DNA of 64,000 nt from Eukaryota sp. TZLM1-RC (lineage: Eukaryota; Protista; Metamonada: BaSk clade): contig JAUPSS010000004.1 of assembly GCA_040285825.1 (NCBI GenBank), positions 3,204,550 through 3,268,549 on the forward strand, read 5' to 3'. A program made the position numbers and the translations under genes. This document shows, piece by piece, positions 1 to 13,256 of the stretch (the stretch's first letter is position 1; each line of letters opens with the position of its first letter). The notes beneath the pieces were generated by a model that was not told the DNA's origin, searched no databases, and saw only the letters and a list, made by a program, of their open reading frames with translations.

Positions 1-504
1 GAAGTGGAAAGACGTGATCCTAAATAAGAGCAGAAACCTTTATGGAGATCAACAACTTCACGTGCACAGGTAAAAACTACTTCCAGAACAGGCTAAGTAA
101 AAGAAAAAGCCTCCACTCTGATGTTAATGAATTCAAGAATAGCCGAAAACTTTCCAAGGGAGAAGAAAAAACCAGAAGGGAGAGAAGTAGATGTTGACGT
201 TGCAGTAAGTGGAGTTGGATTGAACTTGCAAGTGATTTCCCGGTTTTGTGGTTAGCAGAGCTTAGCCTAAAGTCACATCTAACAGAGTTGACTCTTAAAA
301 GTTTCCATGAACGGTTGGAGTGACTGCCATCCAATCATGCTCAAAACCTAATTCAGCAAAAGATGGCGAAGAAAAAAAGGACGCATCGTGAACATCAGGA
401 AGGACCGATGGAGTTCAGGCGCCAAGAATCGGGGTAAAATGAGACATTGAATATAATGAGAATATAAAATGCTTATGAAATGCGTTTAGGTTCTCGATTT
501 TGAA

Positions 505-988
505 AAAGCAAAGAATTTGTCCCAATTTCTTCTCTCCCATGGTTGATCATCCAGGTAGTTTCTTGTGTATGTTACACAGAGGGTTGCTCCTTGAGCCTCG
601 TGCTCTTCCGTGTGGTCATTACTTTTGCCGTTCGTGCCTTGATGAGTAGTTGAGTTTGAACAAACTTGTTCTTCCTGTCCTCTGACGTTCTTAGTGTTCG
701 TTTGAGACAAGAAAACTTCCCAAGATCGACCGAATGAATAACATAGGGCTTCAGCACATCCTTCATTAGGTCTTCCAACTGATAGTTCCGTGATACTTCA
801 TGCGGAGATACTGCAGGATGGACAAGTTTGATTTAAACCCAACCACTCATCAAAACACTAACGGCAAAAGGAATGACCACACGGAAGAGTACGGAGCTCA
901 AGGAGCAACCCTCTGTGTACCATAAACAAGAAACTATATGGATGATCACCCATGGGAGAAAAGAAATTTGGACCAATTTTCTGCTTGG
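505..988. repeat. Imperfect inverted repeat pair (~170-bp arms at ~505-672 and ~818-988)
   Basis: Reverse complement of 505-672 (acggcaaaagtaatgaccacacggaagagcacgaggctcaaggagcaaccctctgtgt...) aligns to 818-988 (acggcaaaaggaatgaccacacggaagagtacggagctcaaggagcaaccctctgtgt...), roughly 80% identity by eye. Confidence 0.8.
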
Positions 989-991
989 GTC

Positions 992-1090
992 AAAAGCAGA
1001 TCAAGATTGTGTAGATGAAATCTTGGTTCAATGATAGTCGTTTCATCAGTTATGAATTAATTTAATTAAGTGTGCATGTTCAATAAATAT
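992..1090 (+). mobile_element. 3' tip of RLE non-LTR retroelement, family E
   Basis: Encodes ...ADQDCVDEILVQ* followed by agttatgaattaatttaattaagtgtgcatgttcaataaata, matching ~50070-50170 and the reverse complement of ~24125-24220. Confidence 0.8.
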
Positions 1091-1387
1091 CAGTTTTTTG
1101 TTTCATTTTTAATTTGTTTGAAAAACTTTTGAGACCAATCTACAAATGCCTTAGTAGCATTTGGTAGATCCACTTAGATACATCAAGGCTTTGTTCTGTG
1201 AAAGCAGTAGGTGTATTCAAGTGAGGTAGCCCATTGATGAAGATCATGATCTTCTTTGTCAAATGACGATACATGTCTCTTACAGCCTGTGAGTAGACAT
1301 TGAGAAAGTGGAAAACTGGAGTGAATTTCACAGGGGAATGCATGGTATGTGAAATTCACAATATGCTCTCCAGGTGAATCCACAATT

Positions 1388-3273
1388 ATGTCCTCATCGG
1401 TACCCAAAACTCCCCGTTCTATTCCTGTTGATACATCAAGAAAGGTTCGCAAGACTACATCTGATGCTCCTAAAAAAATACGTCTAGAACCACCGTCGAT
1501 GTCCCAGAAGCGCTCTTGGGCACCAAGTGAACCCTCTGCTCGCTTAGCTGATCTTGGTGGTCTTGAATGTGTCAGTGACATAACAAAACTTGTACTTAAC
1601 CCGTTTAAACATAATGACCTCTACTCTTCTCTCCAAGTCACTCCTCCTAAAGGTATACTATTAACTGGACCTCCCGGTTGTGGGAAAACAGCTCTCGCTA
1701 ATGCTATTGGAGGAGAACTTGTAGATCTCAAAGTTAAATTCTACAAAGTTGCTGCTCCTGAAATTGTATCTGGGATGAGCGGGGAATCAGAGTCCAACAT
1801 TCGTTCTCTATTCGAGGAAGCCGTGTCCTCAGCCCCTTCTTTAATTTTCATTGATGAGGTAGATGCTATCGCCCCCAAGAGAGAATCCACTCCTCGAGAA
1901 ATGGAGAAGAGAATTGTTTCACAACTCTTGTCTTCTATTGATTCATTAGAGGACGTTCCTGTTGATAAGTCAGTAATAATTATCGCTGCTACGTCTAGAC
2001 CAGAGTCCATTGATCCTGCATTGAGGAGGACAGGAAGGTTTGATAGAGAAATATGTTTAAAAGTACCATCACAAAAACAACGATGTCACTTATTACATGT
2101 GTTATCCCAGAAAAAAGGAATTGATCTTTCAAGCACAGAAATTGAAGAATTATCGAGAAAAACACCTGGCTATGTCGGGGCTGATGTTGAGGTTCTCATA
2201 AGAGAAGCAGGGTGGGCTGCCGTTGATCGGTTGTTAGAAGCTGACGAGGATGCAATGTCTGCGAGTAATCCTATGGTCACGCTGGATGACTTCCAGGAGG
2301 CAGTGGGGAAAGTACAACCAACAGCTAAGCGAGAAGGTTTCGCCACTGTACCTGATGTCACGTGGGATGACGTGGGGGCTTTGGATGACGTTCACACACA
2401 GTTAAAAACTTCTATTTTAGAACCAATAAGGCAGCCTGAAAAGTTTGAGGCATTGGGACTTCCGATTTCTACTGGAGTTTTGTTATATGGACCACCAGGT
2501 ATGCTACAACCACTCGTTTTCCTTTAACCTTAGGCTGTGGCAAAACCTTGCTCGCAAAGGCTATTTCTAATGAATCTGGTGCCAATTTTATTTACATTAA
2601 GGGTCCAGAACTTTTAAACAAGTATGTGGGAGAATCTGAACGTGCTGTTCGCGTTGTCTTTGAACGTGCCCGTCTCTCTGCCCCTTGCATCATTTTCTTT
2701 GATGAACTTGATGCACTCTGTCCGAAACGTTCAGGAGAGGGTAATCAAGCCTCTGAACGTGTTGTCAACCAATTGCTTACCGAAATGGATGGTCTTGACA
2801 GTAACCGTCAAGTTTTTGTTATTGCAGCCACAAATAGGCCTGATATTATTGATTCCGCCATGCTAAGGCCAGGACGTTTGGACTTATTGATTTACGTTCC
2901 TTTACCAAACGAAAATGGAAGGAAACAAATCATCTGCAAGCTAACTTCAAAGCTCTCAAAGTCTTCTGACGTCAACTCCATGACATTGGATCTTCTCGCT
3001 CGCAAAACCGATGGCTTTTCTGGTGCAGATTTGTCCATGTTGGTAAGAGAATCGGCTATGTTTGCACTTAAAGAATCACTAGACAAGAATGTTTCTGCAA
3101 TGGTTTCGCGAAGGCACTTCCTGGAAACTCTCAATGGTGGTCGAATTCTTCCTTCTGTAAATGAATCTGCTAAAATGCGCTATGATTCGCTGACAAAAAA
3201 GCTGCGGCAACGGAGGGTGTCAGGACTTGATGAAAAGAATGGAGCTTGTGAAAATCTCGATTTAAATATGTGA
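1388..3273 (+). CDS. NVL: NVL/Rix7-like double AAA+ ATPase (CDC48 family, ribosome biogenesis); intron 2499-2533
   Basis: Two AAA modules (GPPGCGKT; FIDEVD/FFDELD), APEIVSGMSGESE and KREGFATVPDVTWDDVG motifs. Removing the 35-nt gtatgc...ttag intron restores the second Walker A (GPPG/CGKT). First ATG at 1388. Confidence 0.9.
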
Positions 3274-3987
3274 CTATGTAAGCTGAATATTTAAATAGAG
3301 TTTATTTATTTATTGGTGTAGTTTTAGGGTCACTAGTTAGTCTTGATAGTTTTTTATAAAATACTTTATTTTGGTTATGTCTAGATGATTGTAATTAAGA
3401 ACAATAATTAGATTCAACATTGAATATTCTTCATGTGTAAAGTCAAGGACCTTCTGTAAAGAAAAGTTCAATAAAAATGTCCTGAACAGCAGTCTTTAGG
3501 GTAATTGCTAAAGTGACAAGGAAAGTTAACAAATTTTGAATTTAATGAATCTGCATGTTGTATTCCATTATATAACATTTCAGGAAAAATTAATAAGTTC
3601 AGTTTTGGGAAGGCTGTGTTAATCATGAGATAATGAAATATGTATCTAAAAAATGGATGTGGACCATCCCAAATGGAAGTTCAAAGCTCCAGTTGTCGTG
3701 AAATTCAACAACTTTGATGTTCAACCACAAATTTTGTGGTTTCCAATCCTTGTTCAAGTAATATCAATTGCAGAATCTGAAATCAATTGTCCCAAAGTGT
3801 GGGTTTTTGTAAGTGATTTTCATTGTTCAGTGATTGTGGTTGGACAATTCAATAAATCAGTATGATCAGGATATCTCTGTTTTTTTAATTGAAAAAGTCT
3901 GACAGACCCTTCATAAACAATTATTTCAAAAGACTTAATCTGTGTTTATTTTATTGAATAGATCTACAATTGTGCAAACAAAAAACC

Positions 3988-5609
3988 TTATTCCTCACGT
4001 TGACGAGGAGCAGTTTTGACAATATCATCAACTCGCAAAATTAATTCAGCGGCTTCGGTGGCACTATTCACAACATGGCGTTTGACCCTAAGTGACTCAG
4101 TAACACCAAGTTCGGCCATATCAAAGGGAACACCATCATCAACATTGATACCAAAAGTAGATTTTCCTTGTGAATGGAGGGCTTTAAGCTGATGGACCAA
4201 ATCAGTACCATCCAGACCAGCATTATCAGCAATAATAGTTGGTAATCTGGAGAGAGCAGTAGCAAAGGCAGACAATGCTAAAGCTTTCTTGCCGGCGGTT
4301 TTACGGGCTTCGTCTTCTACTGCCCTAGCCATGAGCATCTCAGCAGAACCTCCACCGTAGACAATACGTGGATCTTTAACTGCTTGTGTAAGAACACAGA
4401 AAGCATCATGAAGGGCACGTTCAGCTTCGTCTAAGAGTTGTTCTGAAGCACCACGGAGTACCACTGTGCAAGCGGCACCCTTACCACAACCTGAGAATCT
4501 GATGAGACGATCTTCACCAACCATGATTTCAGAGACGTTGGCTGCTTCACCAAGAACTTCAGGGTTAGGCTCATCAAATGTGGAAACAATTTCGGCTCCC
4601 AAAACAGCAGCAAGTCGTTCAACACCTTCAAAATCGGCATGTTCAATAGACATTATACCCTTATCAGCCAAGAGCTGCTCAGGCAAGCTATAAATAAGTT
4701 GTCTATTGACAAAAACATTACACCCATGAGCAGCAATGTTTTCTACCTTTTGTGTCATTTTCTGACGTTCAGCAGTTTCAATCTGAGCAACTCCGTCGCT
4801 GGAAGAAGTACGAACACGTGCACCGAAGATCTTAATCTTATCGGTATCCATTGGAGTATTGGCAACCAAGATTTTTGCATTTTGAATAGATTTGGGCTGT
4901 CCTACACCAATCTTCTTGTCCAGCATGAACCCTTCTTCAAGGAAGGAATCGGAGAGAGAACCACCCAATTTCTTAATGTAGGCGATGTGATCGAGGTGAC
5001 TCATAGCATCCTTTCCAAGTCTCAAAATCGCATCAACGGCCAATTGAGCGAAATGATCTTTGGATTGATAGAGGATTTTGGATGATAACGTGGTTGAAGC
5101 TATTTTGAAGAGATCCCGTCTGAAAGCCTCAGAGTCTGATTCATGATTCTGAGAGGCAGCAGTGAGGGCCTCAACAGCGACTTTCTGGGCAGTGCGGAAA
5201 CCGTCAATGATGAGTTGGGGGTGGAGTTTTTTATCAATCAGCTTTTCTGCTTCACGCAGCAACTCTCCAGCAAAGACACAGACTGAAGTTGTACCATCAC
5301 CGACATCATCATCTTGTACGCGAGAAATATCAATGAGTACCTTAGCAGCAGGGTTTTCGATATAGAGAGATCGAAGGATTGTAGCTCCATCATTAGTGAC
5401 TTTAAGATCACGAGGATTTGTCATAGACTGTAAGATCTTATCCATTCCACGAGGTCCTAATGTAGTTTTCACAAGATCGCTGATGGCGATAGCGCCTACG
5501 AAGATTTCAAGTCTTGCATTCTCTCCTTTGCTCTCCTGAGCTCCCTCACCAAGCACTCTAACAGGTTCCAGGCTCTGAGATAAACGCCTAGGAGACTCTG
5601 GCACACCAT
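3988..5609 (-). CDS. CCT2: T-complex protein 1 subunit beta; 32-nt intron (5575-5606) directly after the ATG
   Basis: [43 protein letters not shown] motifs. ATG|gtgtgc...tctcag|AGC gives MSLEPVRVL in frame. Confidence 0.95.
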
Positions 5610-5935
5610 TGATGAAGTGTTTATTTATATGGAAGTAATTGAGTTAATTCTTGAACAGAGAAATTTATGATTCTTGATAAATTGTGTTTCCTTATCAAAA
5701 CAACTTACTGAGAAATCACACATCTTAAAAGTGAAACCATTGGTTTTTCTATTTGATAAATCAGTAACACAAATATTGTTTATTTTGAAGTATTATCGGT
5801 TTTCACAAATAGCTGTTAGAATCAATTTTACGGGAATTTGTCCCTGAAATGAAATGTTTGCTGCAAAAAATCCTTCAATTTATTGAAACAAAACAAGCCT
5901 CCATGGATCATCTTGAATTTATTTCCCATTAATTA

Positions 5936-6145
5936 TTAAGGATGAGGTTCACCGTAGATTGTTGAATCTCGTTCTCGTTGTCTTAATGCTTCTAGTCCTC
6001 GTCCCCTAAAGTACTGTTCTTTGTCCTTTTTTTCAACCATTCTAGTTGCTGGATGTCCCTCTGGTACATTGAGATCTTCTCTTCGAGTAGGGAGTTCCTC
6101 AAGCTCCTTCAGTCTATCAGCTGCTTTTTGTCCCTTTTGACTCAT
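5936..6145 (-). CDS. Small charged hypothetical protein (69 aa)
   Basis: ATG-initiated ORF MSQKGQKAADRLKELEEL... in a GC-richer patch between AT-rich spacers; no family recognised. Confidence 0.55.
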   Translation of the reverse strand: MSQKGQKAADRLKELEELPTRREDLNVPEGHPATRMVEKKDKEQYFRGRGLEALRQRERDSTIYGEPHP

Positions 6146-6320
6146 TGTTGAAGTAATAGTGAAGAAAAACTGAAACAATTGTAAGAAACCTTAGAAAAGA
6201 TACCATATTTTTATATTTCTTCACAGTTCTGAAACTTTATGATTCCAGTGTTCAACACATTATACCACAAGCATTATAAAATGATTCCAAAAAAACACAA
6301 ATTTATACAAAATTTACAAA

Positions 6321-7689
6321 CTAAAAACCATACACACAATTTGAAAACTCCTTAAAATCAATATACTCAATTCCACAAAGGAAAACTCTTCTAACACATC
6401 CATCAATTGACGGAGTTTTTACCTGCACATTAATATTTCTATAATACTGTTCAAATAAAGCCTCATCAGCTTTTAAATTCTGCACAGCCTTCCTCATTGA
6501 AGCTCCAGAGAGGTCATCAATGCTATAGAAACTACGAGCTCGATACTCTAGTTGCCAAAGTGGGAATCTTCTGGCATTTGAAATTTCGAGATCCAAATAA
6601 TATTGGTAATAATCTAAAAGCTGTCCAGTCTCAGTATCATATTCATAGAGCCGTATAGCCGGGTTATTACCAAAGTAAATGGGTGTGGCTTCAGGTAAGA
6701 CAGCAGGTGCCACGAGGACCGGCAGAGTTGAACCATCAACAGTAAATAGTCTAAAAGAGTCTGAATGTTCTGAGGTGAGAGTGAGGAGATAGCAAACCAT
6801 GGGAAGCGAGGTAGACAGTCAAGATGTCAAGATATTCCTCAAGAATATTCAACAGTTTGGAGTGATGAGAATTCATCATGTCTCTTTCTAGTGGTCTGTT
6901 CCCCTTACTTCCAGGAGGCACATGTGACGAGATCAAGACTTTCTTACCCTCAGTACGCAGTTTGGCAAGTTCATTCTCTAGCCATTTGAACTGGTCGGCA
7001 GGATCAGGTACACCTTCTGTGGTGAAATTAAATGAAGAGAAACTACATACCAGATGACTTATCGTACATTACCCAATAATTAGAGTTGAGTACTAAAAAG
7101 CTATACTTTTGGTTCATATCGATCCTGAAATATCCACCTTTTAGAAAGTTCTCTGTTTGAGAAGGAGGAATAAAATCACGCCAGAACGATAAAGTATTGT
7201 GGTAGACAAATGATCCACCCTTAGACCACTGATGTGCAGGGAAAACATCATCTGGGGTAAGTTTGAGGAGAGAAATATACGATTTCCAAATGTCGGAATA
7301 ATTTGTGTAGACGGAAAACTTGAGCGTAACAGTTGTGTCAAGTTTCTGTTAGCTTCTGTTACAGTATTTTCATCATTATCAATGAACTTTAGAACTAGTT
7401 TGTGTGGCATAATATCACCGGTGTATAGGAGGAAATCGGGATTGGGGTTTATGGATTTCATAAAGTTAAGTAGAGATTCAACAAGTAGGTCCGGAGTATC
7501 GCATTGAAAATCGCCAAACAAACCGGCACTTCCCTCGCCTAGATAACAACCGCCGTTTGATGGATCAGAGTTGACACGATAAAACCATTGGGAGTGGATA
7601 TCAGCAACTTGCCAAAAGTAACCTACACGAGCACAAGATAATGAAGTGATGAAGCTAAGAAGACAGACGACCTTTAAAAAAGTAGGCAT
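6321..7689 (-). CDS. Acid sphingomyelinase-like (SMPDL3-type) metallophosphodiesterase; introns 7252-7280, 7017-7050, 6770-6797
   Basis: Signal peptide, ADIH, GDFQCDTP, YTGD, spliced FGNHD, DPADQFKWL, SHVPPG, spliced SHEH, NNPAIRLYEYD, WQLEY. Three short GT-AG introns join the track ORFs into one frame. Confidence 0.9.
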
Positions 7690-8423
7690 AAGCAGTGTTT
7701 GATTTTTTACCACTTTGCAAACCTGTGTAATTCACCTGTGGTGTCAATAATAGGTGAATTTTAATTCTCACCTCACAAATTTCTCACATCTTCTTTTTAC
7801 TGTCCTTTATTCACTTCTATGGGGGCCACTATCGACTTATTGCTGTCTGGTAATGATCTTAGGCGCCTCAAAGTACACGCTAGCAAAGACACAAAGATTC
7901 GTGCGGTGTACACCTTAGTCTTCCTTGAGAAAACACAACAAGACGTTGCTGAATTCAACTGCAATGGAAATGTGTTTTTATTTGGGTAGTCATGAATTTT
8001 CATGATCACACTACTAAGATGTGCAGAATATTTTGGTTTAACCTATGTACATCTTGTTTTTATATAATCAACCAAAGGGTCTCAAAATCTCATCATTTCA
8101 ATACATAAGAGCAAATATTTTTTCTTTTGGATTACCTGCTGCATTGTAAATAGTCAAATCTGATGTCAAAACAGTTTTTGTTTTTTTCTGAGTGTAAATC
8201 ATTTATTTGCATTTGGAACTATTATTCATTACTCAAAATTTGTTTCTTGTAAACAAACACAAGATGGAACTATAAACATTTCATCATGGGTGACACTATT
8301 TCATGATCAACATTAGGTTCCTGTTAGTAAGATCTGCGACTTTTTATAAAGAAAACCATGAACTCAGACAAGTTCATGTTTATTATTCGTCAAATACTGT
8401 TCAAAAATAAAAAAAATAAAAAA

Positions 8424-9235
8424 ATATCTCAGTAACCAAGGCCATTTGGTCTTCACTTAACAAATGAAGCTTGGAAACAAAACATGCGTTTGAGATTAGG
8501 GCTGTATCCAAGTGGTCTTTTGGATAATTCTGTTTGTATTTGTAACGAAAAACCTACTGCCAATTTCCGTCATGTTGTTAGTTGTAAGAAATTTCTTCAA
8601 TATCGCTCAGTTCTTCATAATGCCGTTCGTGATGTGACATATGAGATGTTTAAGTGTTACAATTTTAGTTGCAAAGTAGAACCGTTGTTGAAGCATTATA
8701 GCGATAATAATCTGTTTAATTCATGTCGAGGTGATTGAATTGCTCCTTTTGTAGTTTTCCTCTCAAGCTGTTGTTGATTTTACTACAGTTGATCCCTTTG
8801 CTTTTATTTATCGTGATGATGTTTTACTTAGTTCTAATGGTCATTTAAACAAGGCTGAGGATCGTAAAAGAGACAAATATACTGAGATATTAAATGATTT
8901 AAATCAAAACCTTTACTCGAAGTTTTCGTTGGTTCCTTTTGTCTTCTCGATTTTTGGCAACATTGGACAGTCTGCCTTGAATTTTCTCAATGATTTTGGT
9001 AATTTATGTCGTTCAAGTAGTAAAAATTTTGCAGGGAATTTATGGAAGAATCGTATCATTTTTGCTTTGTATAGAAGTGTTCCCACATACTTAAATTTAA
9101 TGATGTCCAAGCTGTATAAGGATTCATCAAGAGTTGGCGTGGAGAATTTTGCTTCTTATGTGTTTTAGTTTGTTTTGTTTAGTTTTTTTTCTGCGTAGAA
9201 AATTAAGATAATGTCTGATAAATAAATAAATAAAA
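8424..9235 (+). mobile_element. 5'-truncated RLE non-LTR retroelement, family A (decayed)
   Basis: CxC...H...C zinc motif, HNAVRD, EPLL, RGD, DFTTVDP, AEDRKRDKY, PFVFSIFG; A-rich tail; homologous to 17349-18310 and 29670-30595. Confidence 0.85.
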
Positions 9236-9242
9236 ACAAAAA

Positions 9243-9651
9243 ATACCGCACAGGATATGTAAGTTTTCTACAATGTTTACTGCATCATAAATTATTATCA
9301 ATTGAAGGAGGAGCTAGATCAATAGTGGTTGTTGATGGATGCAATATTCATAAAAGTGCATACATTTTCAGGGCTGTAAAATTGGCTGGCTTAAAATATT
9401 TGATTTTACCACCGTATTCTCCTGATTGTAACCCAATAGAAGCGTATTTTGGTCTGCTTAGAAGAAAAGTCAGAGACGATTCGTTACACAGCCCACTGCA
9501 AGGTGTGAATCTTTTACAGCAGCTATTACGTACAATGAATTTTAATTGCAGCAATTTATTTGACCATAGTGGCTGGAAGGATTTTTGCCCATTCAGATCA
9601 CCATACTTGCATGGTATAAAGGCAAACTTTTTCAAAGATCATTTGGATTGA
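9243..9651 (+). mobile_element. Tc1/mariner-IS630 DDE transposase, C-terminal fragment
   Basis: VVVDGCNIHKS...LILPPYSPDCNPIEAYFG matches the second D and the PxSPDxNPIE motif; N-terminal part not seen. Confidence 0.8.
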
Positions 9652-9763
9652 ATAAAGTTTTGATTAAAAATGTATTAAAAATAAAACACTTTTAATTGAT
9701 TTTGTATTGAAAATAAAAAAAAAGAACTTTTATCTTCAAAAAACCAATACTATTGTACTACTA

Positions 9764-10249
9764 TTAATCAGTATGCTGAGTGTCTTCCGCAGCAGCCACT
9801 CTTTTGAAAGCTTCATTTGCGTCACTGGATAAGGCAGCTTCTGAACTAGTTCTTTTACCCAAGCTGATAACAAAACAATTTAACTTCTTGAGAAAAGTAG
9901 ACTCAAGTACATCAAGTAATTCAAGTACTTGTTCTCTAATCTTGAATAATTGAGCGGCTGAATATTGAGCTACCTGTTCAGCCAATTCAACCGAAAACAG
10001 ATTGTTTTTTGCATCACCCAGGAAGGGTATGATGGACTCAGGAATCCTGGTGATGCTTCCCTTTCCCTCGTTGATTATCTCCAACCAAGTGTTCCACAGG
10101 TGGTCAGCAAGTACCACCTTGTGACTGTTTCAACGTCTTGGTATAGAAGACCGATGGTAGTAGCACCAAAACGTCGAGCTCCAAATACTAGATAGTAATA
10201 AAGTTGGATTTGTACGGAATTGGGTGTACCAGATGCAACTAAAGACATA
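9764..10249 (-). pseudogene. Hypothetical gene, apparently frameshifted, convergent on the transposase fragment
   Basis: 117-aa open frame; an upstream ATG (~10249) is in another frame; no family recognised. Confidence 0.35.
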
Positions 10250-10512
10250 ATATTTATGAAAGTGAATGAAATGTGAGGTGAATGTGAAAGAGGGAGTGAT
10301 ATCTATTTGAGATGAAATTCACAGACGTTGCTTCCTGAGTTAATTTTAACAATTTTTCTAATTCAAAAACAAATTCTCAAAAGTAAAGTTTGGTAAATGA
10401 TCTTTCGGTGTGAAAGAGTACATTAACCGTGCATGACGTGTACTTTTACATGAAAGTCTTCTCATTAACCACAAACAACCGTTACCATTCATTAATTCAG
10501 AAAATCGCCAAA

Positions 10513-10653
10513 TGATGATCTGCGCAGTATACCTGCACAGTACACCTGAAAGCAATGTAATTTATTACGAAGGCAAAAGGGTTTCCTTCGACTTAAGCGC
10601 TAGAGCACAATTGTACATTATGCTAGAATAACCTAAAACTATATAAACTATTC
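10513..10653. mobile_element. Probable diverged solo LTR related to the Gypsy LTR, interrupted by a family B insertion
   Basis: Starts TGATG and shares tgtaatttattacgaag, cttaagc and a ...taaa(t)actattc block, in order, with the LTR at 34728-34881; may resume at ~11741-11750. Confidence 0.45.
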
Positions 10654-11731
10654 GATAGCTTAAGAGAAGAAATATCCAGTTTATCTCCAGTTTATCTCCC
10701 GACTTATGGCAATCATGTTTCCCCATATCCATTCAAGAAATTCCAGACAGAAGTTTATATTCATTAAAATTTGCGTTGAAAAAGCTCCAACGACATCTTT
10801 TGAAAAATTTTGAAAACAAGGATTTTATTGCCCGACTTAGCACGGCTAAGAAAGAAAATCCTGCTTTTGCCAATTTTTTGATTGATTTGAAGGACAGTTC
10901 ATCTGCAGTTTTGATAAATCAAATTCCCCAGATTTATGGTCTATTTTTGAATGACGACCAATGGACCACTGCTATGAGAATGCGTTGTTATTCATGGCCT
11001 TGTAATTTGCCCAATGATTTGTTTTGTAAATGTGGAGCTGGTTTGACATTATCACATTTATTTAATTGTAATTGATATATTTCCTATCGTTCTACGTTGC
11101 ATGATGCAGTCAGAGATCAAATCCATGCAATGTGTAATTCCTATCATATTGAATCTTTTGTAGAACCTTTGTTGAGGTCTCTTGATATAAATGAAAGCGT
11201 AAGAGATTCAGAATATGGAAAACGACGTGCTGATGTTGTTGTGCCCTCGTTTGATGATGTCATGAATGTTGTTGATGTCGTAACAGTGGATGTTTGCAAG
11301 AAAAATGCCTTGAAAAATGCTCAATCCGAAGTATCCCCCTTGATGACTCCGAATTGTACAAACGGAAAAAGTATGCAAATCCTTTAAAAGAATTGAAACA
11401 TGTTCGCCATGTAGATTACCAAATTTGCCCATTTGCTATATCGTTGTATGGTCGTCTTGGAAAAACTGCTTTGAATTTTATTGATGATTTTGAAAATCTT
11501 GTGAAAAAAAGAATGAATAAGCGTTTTGATCGTCGCTTGTGGCTAAATCGTATTGTTTTTACTATTTTCAAATCAATTTCTAAAATGATTTCGAAAGCTT
11601 TAATGTCTGTCAGTGCACATTATGAAAACATTGCTGCTGTAAGGTTTGATGGTGTGGAAGCTTGTTTTGAAGATATTGACTTTTAGACTGTGGTTTTGAA
11701 AATAAATTAAAATTAAATTAAAAAAAAATTA
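10654..11731 (+). mobile_element. 5'-truncated RLE non-LTR retroelement, family B, with poly(A) and probable TSD AAACTATTC
   Basis: CKC...HLFNC, HDAVRD, EPLL, RRADVV, VDVVTVD, KRKKY, PFAISLYG; AATAAA and A9 tail; AAACTATTC at 10645-10653 and 11732-11740. Confidence 0.85.
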
Positions 11732-12488
11732 AAACTATTCCAAACTAATAAACAATAAAGCTGGTCAAGGCTAACACAAAAGCTGATGAAAAGCACATAC
11801 TCGGTTTGAACATTAAAGATGGTCCTTACGTTGTTTTAAAAATCCCAAGCACGGTAGCGTCACTTGTAACAGGTTAAGCTCGCAGTATAGCTTTCATTAA
11901 ACAATAATCACATCTTTTGATAATGGGACCCAATTTTGCTATGTAGAATATTACTACAAAATCTGTTTATATCTTTTCATTATACAGAATTTAAGTGATA
12001 TTTTACCATGTCTCTGATGATTTATTTACCTTGAAACAGACATTATAACTGCGTCTTCTTCTTCTTCGGCGTCGCTGTCGTCGTTGAGTGGTGAAGATGA
12101 CATAAGTACTTCATAGTATTGGGACCAGTTGATGGGCATAAGGACAACAATGTTGTTAAAGAGTAAATGGTTTGGGAAAGTAAAGTGTTACGAAGACCAA
12201 TATCCACGTTTCCACAACGTCTCCAAGAAGACGTAGCGTCTTTTAGAAAGAGACATGGCAAAAGTATCGTCTTTGTCAACACTATTTATTTTCATCTCAC
12301 AATGCATTGTCTACATTTTCGAATTACATAATGAAACTAGAATGAAGCCAAAATGTTGCTAATTAAGTAGTCCCTGCTGATACTTGGTTACTTCTTCGAA
12401 TGAATGGTTCAGTTGATTAACCTTGCACTATGACAACATAAATTTTGTTAACTATCAACTTGGAGCGATATAACTATTTTGGTTGATC

Positions 12489-13256
12489 TTTTTTTTTTAA
12501 ATTTAATTTTATTCAAAACCTATAAATCAACATCTAAAAAATCCATCTCTCCCAAAACAAAAACACTAGATGCAACTCTCTCATAGTGAGATCCAAGAGA
12601 AAGCAAAGCATCAGAAACCATCTTCAACATCCCCTTAAAAATAGAAAACACAATTCTATTTTGCCAAAACAATCTGTTGAAATTTCTGCCAGTTCTTCTC
12701 TTTACAATCATTTCAAAATCATCCAAAAAACGTAAAGCAGTTGGTGCAAGTGAACCAAAAAGGGAAAATACAAATGGATACAAATTGTATTTTGCATGCT
12801 GTAGACTGGCCAATTTGGACAAAGGTTCATTGTATTTTTTGAATTTAAAATTTTCAGCATTTGAAAGGGGATTATGAATTTCAGAATTAACAAGCCTTTC
12901 ATTTGAGGCATTACAAGGATCAACAGACATTACATCCAATAAAATGAAGCTTCCATCTAATCCAGGTAATATGAGATCACCTCTATTATTCTTATGAAAA
13001 TCATTTTCAGCATCAAACAGATTTGACAACAAAGGTTCCAAGAAGGATTCAATTCTATGAGATTTACACATACAATATAACTGGTCTCTTACAGCATCAT
13101 GAACCTTGCTTCTAAAAGTAATAAAATGTTTACAATTTAACAAATGAGTAGTTGTAATTTCTCGAGAACATTTACAAATTAAATTATGAGGTAAATTATC
13201 AGGCCAGATAAAGGAACGAAATCTCATATTCAGAGTCCAAGCAGAATCGGATAGAA
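12489..13256 (-). mobile_element. 5'-truncated RLE non-LTR retroelement, family C, with poly(A) and 10-bp TSD
   Basis: Open 235-aa zinc motif plus RLE frame (HDAVRD, RGDL, DVMSVDP, AENFKFKKY); T10 at 12489-12498; TTGGTTGATC at 12479-12488 and 13257-13266. Confidence 0.92.
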
